From Epiperipatus broadwayi (lineage: Eukaryota > Animalia > Onychophora), in contig JAQFVV010000003.1 in assembly GCA_028023455.1 (NCBI GenBank), forward strand, positions 2,666,001 through 2,730,000: DNA of 64,000 nucleotides, in the 5' to 3' direction. The notes under the pieces were generated by a model. The model worked only from the letters and a program-made list of their open reading frames with translations. It did no database searches and was not told the DNA's origin. Shown in pieces: positions 56,176 through 64,000 of the stretch (positions are counted from its first letter, which is position 1; every line of letters starts with the position of its first letter). A program made the position numbers and the translations under genes.

Positions 56176-57699
56176 ATTTTCCCAAGCTATTCTTATATCA
56201 TCTGGTAACTTCTATTTTATTAACTTTTTATACACATCTCTTGAATATGGAATAGACATCCACTTACAATGTTTATATTTATTATTATCATACTTACATC
56301 TAGTATTTATATTTTGATTTCGAAAAATTGTTTTAATTGCCTTTCTTTTATATCCTATTTTAACATAATCATTCTATATTTCTAATTTTTGCTCATAAGT
56401 CTCTTTCTTATCTAATGTAAATTTATCATTTTTTAACTTAAATCTATTTAAAACCCCTACTTTTTGACACCATGGCTGATATGATTTTGGATCAATTAAA
56501 CCTCTAATTTTTCTATCTTTAATATAATGCTTTACCACTATTTCATTCATCATTCCACTTTTCACAAAAATATCTAAATATTTTAATTCATTTATCTCTT
56601 TCTCCACTGTAAACCTAATTTTATATTTATTATTATTCAATTCATTAAAAATCTTGTCAATACTTCTACTATTATCTAATAACAATAATATCATTCACAT
56701 ACCTATAATATTCTATAATTCCTTTATTCTTTATAAACTCATCTACAACACCCTCCTCTATACTACTTACAACTACTGATGATAATATCCCACTTACTGA
56801 ACACCCCATAACCCATTCCTTTTCTATACTCCAAAATTCTTCCTTATATTTAAAATACAAAGCCTCATCTGCCATTAGCAATGTTTCATAAATAATATAT
56901 GTACAATCCTCTGACAAAGTATTACATATTTTCAATTTAGTCATAACTATTTCTACACTATCCTTTCTAGGTAAATTTTGGTACATTTTCTCAATATCAA
57001 ATGATGCAATCATTCCATTTATATTTAACTTAATATTCCTTAACTTATTAATAATTTGTTCAGAATTTTTTATACAATATTTACTAAATCTAATTACTTC
57101 TATAATCTTTTTATATACCAAATTACATATACCTTTAAATATATAATTATTAAAATCCAAAATTGCTCTTATTGGCATATTCTCTTTGTATGTCTTAATC
57201 TTTCTTACTATACACAGATGCTCAAAACTTGTAGGAAATAAACATTTATATTTCTTTTCGTTAATTAAATTCTTCATTTTCATATAATTCAACAATAATT
57301 TATATCTTTTTTTAATCTTATTTCCAGGGTCTTTACTTAACCTTTTATATCCTTGTTTAACCATATCTTCATGTATTTTTCTTTCATAGTCCAACTCATT
57401 TAAAATTACAAATCATGAATTTTTATCTTCCCTTGTTACTATTAAACTTTATTTACATTCTCAACAACTTTATATATTGTAGCCTTTTCTTTCCATTCCT
57501 TTTTATTATATTTAACTCTTTTATTTACAACATTATTAATTTTTGACTGTAATTCAACTTTTAAATCACTCTATATCCTGATTATAAATTAAATTAATGT
57601 ATTACGCAACTCATAATCTAACAGTTATAAATATTTGTAAATTGATGATGACAGGAAATATAACATGTAATTTTTAATACTGCAGTGTGATTTTTACAA

Positions 57700-58049
57700 A
57701 ATGGAAATACTTGGTTTGATTATCATCATCATCTTAATCATGAATTGAGAACCTATTTCAAAAACTTTATATTACATAATGCTTTTTTATCTTTTCCATA
57801 TATATATTGGTCCATACATCTCTTGTATTTATTTTCTATTTCATAAAGTGGTTATCAACATTGGGCATGTATCTACAGCCCTGAAATTATTAGAATCATG
57901 TGTTACTGTCTCTCAATCAAAAGAAACATGAAGGGTATATGGACAAATGTATAAAGGAAAAAAACTATGAATATAATATAAATAATATGAATTGAGTTCT
58001 CAATTCATAATTAGAATGTTGATAATAATCAAAACATGTATCCCCATTT
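57700..58049. repeat. Old ~350-bp fold-back element
   Basis: Diverged inverted arms ~57700-57826 / ~57925-58049; perfect 11-bp stem at 57986-58009. Confidence 0.6.
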
Positions 58050-59828
58050 ATAAATATTTCATTGAAGAACGTTAAAAGAAATGTCATTATAGTTCCTGAT
58101 CATCATCAATTTACAATGATCTATATCATATTTAGTAGCTTTATTTATTATCAAAATATATCAAACAGGTTTCTCACTTCCATTTTGGAAGATATATGGA
58201 GAAGCAGTATTCCCATGTCACAATATCCGAATCCTTATCCTGTTAACATTCCAATGTATTTTTAATTACTAGAACATAAGTACACTCAGGAACATAAACA
58301 TTTTAAGCATATAATGATAGTAAAATAAGATGTAAATAAGAATGGCATTTAGTAATAAAAATAATTTTTTTAAATGATTTGTTTAATTAAAAATAAATTA
58401 TGCATAACAGATATAATATAATCTTGAACTGATATAGCAAAAAGACACTATTGAAAAGAAAAAAAAGTATAAAAAGACTGCAATATTCAGCCTTCGTTAA
58501 TCAATTAACCTACGATAACTTTATTATTAAACATATATTTACATTTCACAGTATTTCAAAGAATTAGTATGCAAATGCAACCATAGCTTTTGAATTACAG
58601 GAAAAAAAACTTAAATACAAATATCACCAAATCATATCAAAATATATAATAATCTAATAGCCAATAAAACAAGTAAATAATACAAAATATTTTAGAAATA
58701 TAATAATAAGTCTTAATTAGAAAGTAATCAGCCTTTGGCATGCACTGTTTAATCATGTTATTTACTTACCAATGTTATAGTGAGCATGCAGGGCACTGTC
58801 AAACCCAAATGCAAGGTAGAGACTTTTAAAAAAACAGTCATCTTATTTTTGAACCTAAATGCAATTATATAGGCCAATCTAGAGCATTTCAGAATGAGAG
58901 CATGAAGATTTAATCTTTGTAACTTTACAACCATTACATTATTAATTTAAACAGTTTTATTCATTCTTTATCAGGATGAATTTATGAGTGAATGGATTAT
59001 ATCAATCTTAACTCCTTTCCTAGCCTTTCTCATTATAGGAAAAAATATTTTACCCTAGTTCTTGCTTATTAAAAGTTATTTTTATTAATGCTAATTACAA
59101 ATTGTTTTTGTGTTTTCTTAGAGTCCATTTATGAACAAATTTATTAAATAATCTCTTAATTAAGTATAATTAATATTTTTTCAAAGTAGCAATTTTTTAT
59201 TTTTTATTATTTAAATGTATATAAAGTGAGCTTTTTACAGTCTTTTCTGATTTTTTTTTAAAAAATACATGCCAATAAATACATATATGCACACAGCTGT
59301 GCATTTTACTATTACATGAATATATTTAAATTTGTCAAAATAATAGAATTATTAATTTTTATACAACTTAATTAACATATATGTTTGTGCATATAGAAAT
59401 GTATGTGCACATTCAGATTCATATATTTTAACACAATAAAATTATTAAAGACTATTTTCACAATTAATTCTCTTTGCTGAATATAGTTATTTTTCTTTAA
59501 AACTAAGTACTATCAAATTTTTGACAGTTTATAAGTTTTTTTTTCTGTTTTGACAAATTACTGTCAAAGAATGAATTAAATAAATGTTATTTTCTTTCTA
59601 TAAAATTATCTATGAATTATTTCTTTTTGATTTTAATTCAGGTAAAATTATATATATATTAATGTCATTTTTAAGGAATTGCTAAAACAATTTCTTTAAG
59701 AAATATATATATCAAATTGTCAATGCATTGCTCCTTTCTTTTATACATGTGATTCAAGCAAATTATTCATTTATTCTACATTAAATTATACATTAAAATG
59801 TCATTTTAAGGAATATTAAAATAATTTC

Positions 59829-59831
<3 letters not shown>

Positions 59832-59914
<83 letters not shown>
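59832..59914. repeat. (TA)n microsatellite
   Basis: Direct reading. Confidence 0.97.
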
Positions 59915-59918
<4 letters not shown>

Positions 59919-62809
59919 CATCTCTCTTTTAGTTGTTTGACTCAAGCAAATTATTTACTTGTTTTATTTTAAGATATAGGTTAAAATGTCATTTTTTATT
60001 AAGAAACTGATTTAAAATTTCATTATTATATGCAATGCTACTCTCCACCAGCTGTATATACATTTATCTGTGCTTCTCTACATATAGACACAGAAACATA
60101 CATTAACTACCTCTTCATCAAGCTTTTTCTTGATAAGCTTGGTTTTTAGTCCATTGGAATAATCCAGGCAATTGTCAGCATTGGGAAAGTATAATTCAGG
60201 TAATTTGTTGGCCTTGATGAGTTTCCTTTTGTCCAGGATTGTCATATTTCAGGAAAGCTGTCTTCTAGAACACATTTAAGCAGACTAAACTCATTAGAAG
60301 TTGATCAATAGACTGATGTTTCTGTTCTTGCTCTCCTTGCATTATTCCATGGTCATTCCACAGAAACAACTGCTACTCTGGCCAACTAAAACCAACTTCT
60401 GCAAACTTCAACAAGCTACAACAAAATATTATAACCAACTTTGCAACTGGACAATTTGGACACTGCTTCTCAAAAATATTAAAACCCAAAATGAACTGAT
60501 ATTTTTTATTAGTTTTTTTTATGTCGAGTCATTTGAGGTAATAAAAACACCTTAATTGAAAACAGTTTTTCTGTCTAATCTTTATCTTGATTAAAAACCA
60601 TTTTAATCAAAAACTAGTTTGAAGTTATCAAGCTGTGATATACAAAGATTTTAAAAATAAAAATTTACCAATTAATTAAAAGATTTCAAAAATACTATAC
60701 TTGTTTTTATATTCAAAATCAGAATTCAATTAAAATATTTATCAGACATTTTTAAACTATTTTTATTTATAATAAAATTTTATTTTCAATTTCACAGTTA
60801 TTTAACCCTTTTACTATGATTTTTTTTTCAGAAAATGTAGAAAATATATACAATAATTTTTGTCTCTTTATTTCTACTTTTCCTTTACTTTAGATATATA
60901 TGTGCACACACAACTATGTTGCTGTGTACCATGTAACCCAACTGGTTACAATATATGTTAATAAATACTTCATGTCTAAAAGATGGAAATGGCTTATTTT
61001 TTCATAATATGTCAATGTCTTTATTTATTAGATAATCAACTAATATAAATTACTATCGCAAAAGTTATAAAGATGGGCAAAACTACTAAACTGCTAATAA
61101 GAGTCACATCTAAATCTACCCCGATATAAACAAAGCTTCATTCAATACAGTCAGCAAGGAAATTAATATTAGGATAGATTAATTTCTACTCATTTTAACA
61201 TTTTTATGAATAAATAACAATAAGTCAGTAAGAAGTGTAACATAAGTTTTATAACAATCTTTTAAATAAATCCATTGTAATTTTTTTACAATTTTGTCTT
61301 TTTAAGCTATAGCATATATGACATACTAGATGATTATTAGATTTCATGTTAGCATATAAGACAATTGAAAATACAAAAAGTATTATCATTTTTTGTTATT
61401 TTTCTTGCATTCTAATTTGCAAGTTCTATTTAATAAACTTTTTCTCCTCAAATAATAATCCTAAAAACCTGTTCCCATCATTCTATTATTTCAATAATTT
61501 TCTTTTGTTTTATTTGGATATCTATTTTATATATATTAAGCTTATCAATATATTCCAATGTCTAAGCTGATTTTTTACAATATATCATTTTTTTATTCCT
61601 TCTATATTTTGAGCAGTTTTTCCTAAATGGTATTTTAGAATGCCTTCTCCCCATACTAAACAAATACAATATCTTTAAAGATTATTGCAGTAGAATTTAA
61701 AATGTTTAATACTTACTATTTGGGTAGATTTTTTCCCTTTATATAGAAATGGCTAACATACACCAAAATGTTTAATCATAGTTTCAGAACTTATCTTTAT
61801 AAGGAAGTATAGAACCTGTCAAGAAGATAGTTCTGTATATCTTTAAATGATCACGTGTTTAGTTGCTTTATAGGCCACTTAATCTTTGAGCATCTAAGTG
61901 GCAGATTGAGTACAACAGTTTCATTAAATCACTTTTTTTTTTTACTTTAGCTGTTAAAATAATTAGAAACTTTTAATTCTCAATATCTCTTTTTTACCAG
62001 TAATCTTTTCAAATCAGTTTATCCTTATTTTTAGCAACAATCTTAAATAGTTTAAATAATCAATGAAATCTGATTTGTAAATATAATAGCCATTTCGTTT
62101 AATACTATGAAAAATATCCAAATTATACATTTATTTTTCAATATCACAATATCATTTTATCTAAGAATTTAATTTTAAAGCTTCATTTAGTGCAGAGCTT
62201 TCAGATCTTATTGGTGGACATTTTAAGTATAGACATGATGCCATCCTGCAATCTTTTAATCATAAATTAGTTCAGTCTTCATTACCTTTATCATAGCCTC
62301 TTAACACTATAATCTTTGCTCCTATTATTTAAAATAGTTTGTAATAATTCACCAATCATTTGGTGTAAGTGAATGATTTATAATCAATCACCAACTTCTG
62401 AAGATAAAAAATGTTTCTCCTTTTGTAAACATTTTCCTCCTAATTTTTATTTTTTATAAATACTGTTAAAATGAAATATTATATACCTAGATAACAATCT
62501 TTTTTTTTTATTTTAAAAAAAAAGTTGTTGTTTTTTTATTAATCCAAACTCATTTAACTTTTATTTAGTTTGCATTTTATATATTGTTACTTTTTCATTT
62601 ACCATTGTCAAACTTCCTCCACTCACAACTTTGATGCCATCCATTTCTGATAAATATACTAATGATTATTACTAATCATTTTCGAAACTAGAGATTATCT
62701 CTAGCACAGATATAAACTTTAAACCTCAGTTAAAGATTAATATATCTGATTTTTTTAATTTTACACACACGGAGTTATTCACATTTCTCTGTCCCGTATG
62801 TAATATCTT

Positions 62810-63060
62810 TATAGAAATAATAAACACCTCCATACTTCCCCATTCTTTTTAAATTCAATGGTAAATTAAAAAGTAACAATTTACTCTAGATAAATATTTT
62901 GCATATAATAAAGATATATATGAGAGATAGTGACCTGGGCCAACTGATGAGTGCTGATTCAGCACGAAATGCATCTTGGGGGTCAATTGTCTTTTATTGT
63001 ATCTTTATTTATATGAATTTAAAAAGAATGGGGAAATATGGAGGTGTTTATCATTTTATA
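62810..63060 (+). mobile_element. Small hammerhead-bearing element with inverted ends, family D
   Basis: 37-bp inverted match 62821-62857 / 63014-63050 (one mismatch) enclosing an intact hammerhead; no clear TSD. Confidence 0.7.
62931..62985 (+). ncRNA. Fully canonical type I hammerhead ribozyme with bipartite helix I
   Basis: tgacc-tggg-ccaa CTGATGA gtgctg-att-cagcac GAAA tgca TC ttgg-g-ggtca; palindromic ATGCAT helix III; predicted cleavage after 62975. Confidence 0.92.
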
Positions 63061-64000
63061 TATATATATTTGTCAATGTTCTTCATAAAACATAAATCTT
63101 TAGTCATTATTCATCCTCATAATATTAGTTTTAAGTGTTTTAGTCTCCACCTATCTATCTTTATAATATTAATTTCATATGTTTTAGTGACCATTCATTT
63201 TCATAATATAGTTTAGTCATTATTTATTTTTATGAAATTATAAATGTTTTAGTTGTTACTTTCATAACATTGGTCTTTAGTTACGTGTCTGTCATTTCCA
63301 TGAATTCAGAATATTTGTTTTCAGATAACTGGTCCATAGTTATCCCCACTATCTTCTGATATTGGTCAATAAATGTGATTTATTTTGTGTTATAAAAAGA
63401 AGTATAAAAATATTCATAAATTTTTAAGTTGACAGATTTGATAAATAGATTGCACTTACAAAATTGACAATGGATTATTAAAAGATATTATTTTTGGAGA
63501 TTTAAATTAATTAGAATAAGTAATTTGTTTTGAAAAATTATTCAGTGAATGGGTTTTTTTGCTTAGTTTTGCACAGTTATAAACATTTAATTGTCTTATG
63601 AGATAGCTGTTTCTTAAAGTGGATTATATAGAAAAGTTAATATAATTAGATTAATTAATGTCTATTTTATAGTTTTTGATTTTAATACTCTAGTTAAAGA
63701 ATATTTAGATTTAGCTAATAATCTATAGTTCCTGATTTTAAAGAAAATTTAGATTTAGTTGATTTTTATTTTCCAAATAATTAGTTTATTTTTGTGCTTT
63801 TTTATTCTATTCAGACATAATCATATATATATAGGTTTAAAAAACGTTTTTAAACAGCTACCTGAAAGACAAAGGTTTTTCAGTAAAGAGAAACAGTGAA
63901 GGAAGATACAATACTCACCATGCTAAACAAATGTCAGTTAATGAGGTGTTATATTCCTTTCTTTGTTTCACAGATTAACTAAGAAAATTCGGAAGCTCAT

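Larger units (their letters stand above)
54240..57560 (-). mobile_element. Penelope-like element (RT, linker, GIY-YIG), interrupted by the family C insertion and (TA)n
   Basis: ASFDIEKMY, VMGCSVSG, YRYVNDI, KIRFTVEKE..KYLDI; SIPY linker; GMIYKIE (~54965-54990), GQTG*MISDRGKEH (~54810-54850), HYLDSGHN...YETLYIQ. Confidence 0.85.

Noticed and set aside
58770-58854. Possible minus-strand exon with ATG (MTVFLKVSTLHLGLTVPCMLTITL) and GTAAGT donor
   Set aside because: Splice-like signals alone; no downstream partner or homology.
60100-60480. GC-richer coding-like stretch on the minus strand
   Set aside because: Stops in all frames and no recognisable motif; probably a TE remnant.
63858-64000. Splice-like signals on both strands at the window edge
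   Set aside because: Conflicting models (plus acceptor at 63973; minus ~57-nt intron) and truncated by the window end.

Overview
AT-rich animal genomic DNA (invertebrate-like; species not determinable), mostly decayed transposons around one clear host gene: an intronless SREB-family (GPR27/GPR85/GPR173-like) class A GPCR at 22114-23232 (+). Recognisable TEs: a Ty3/Gypsy element with both LTRs (11941-19114), two Penelope-like elements (RT + GIY-YIG; 33543-36611 and ~54240-57560), an APE-RT LINE with a PHD + SGNH-esterase ORF1 (~37104-41500, -), and RTE-type LINEs and fragments. Main hunt result: at least six small non-coding insertions carry type I hammerhead-ribozyme folds with a palindromic helix III (around 9.5, 20.9, 42-43, 53-54, 55-56 and 62.9 kb). 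Several occur as ~414-440 nt tandem monomers, all have an internal strand inversion, and four are flanked by ~12-13 bp direct repeats; one sits inside a Penelope ORF. This reads as a retrozyme-like system, with Penelope elements as candidate helpers. The retrozyme class is known; these families and their shared inversion + 13-bp TSD signature may not be described. All alignments and folds were done by eye.
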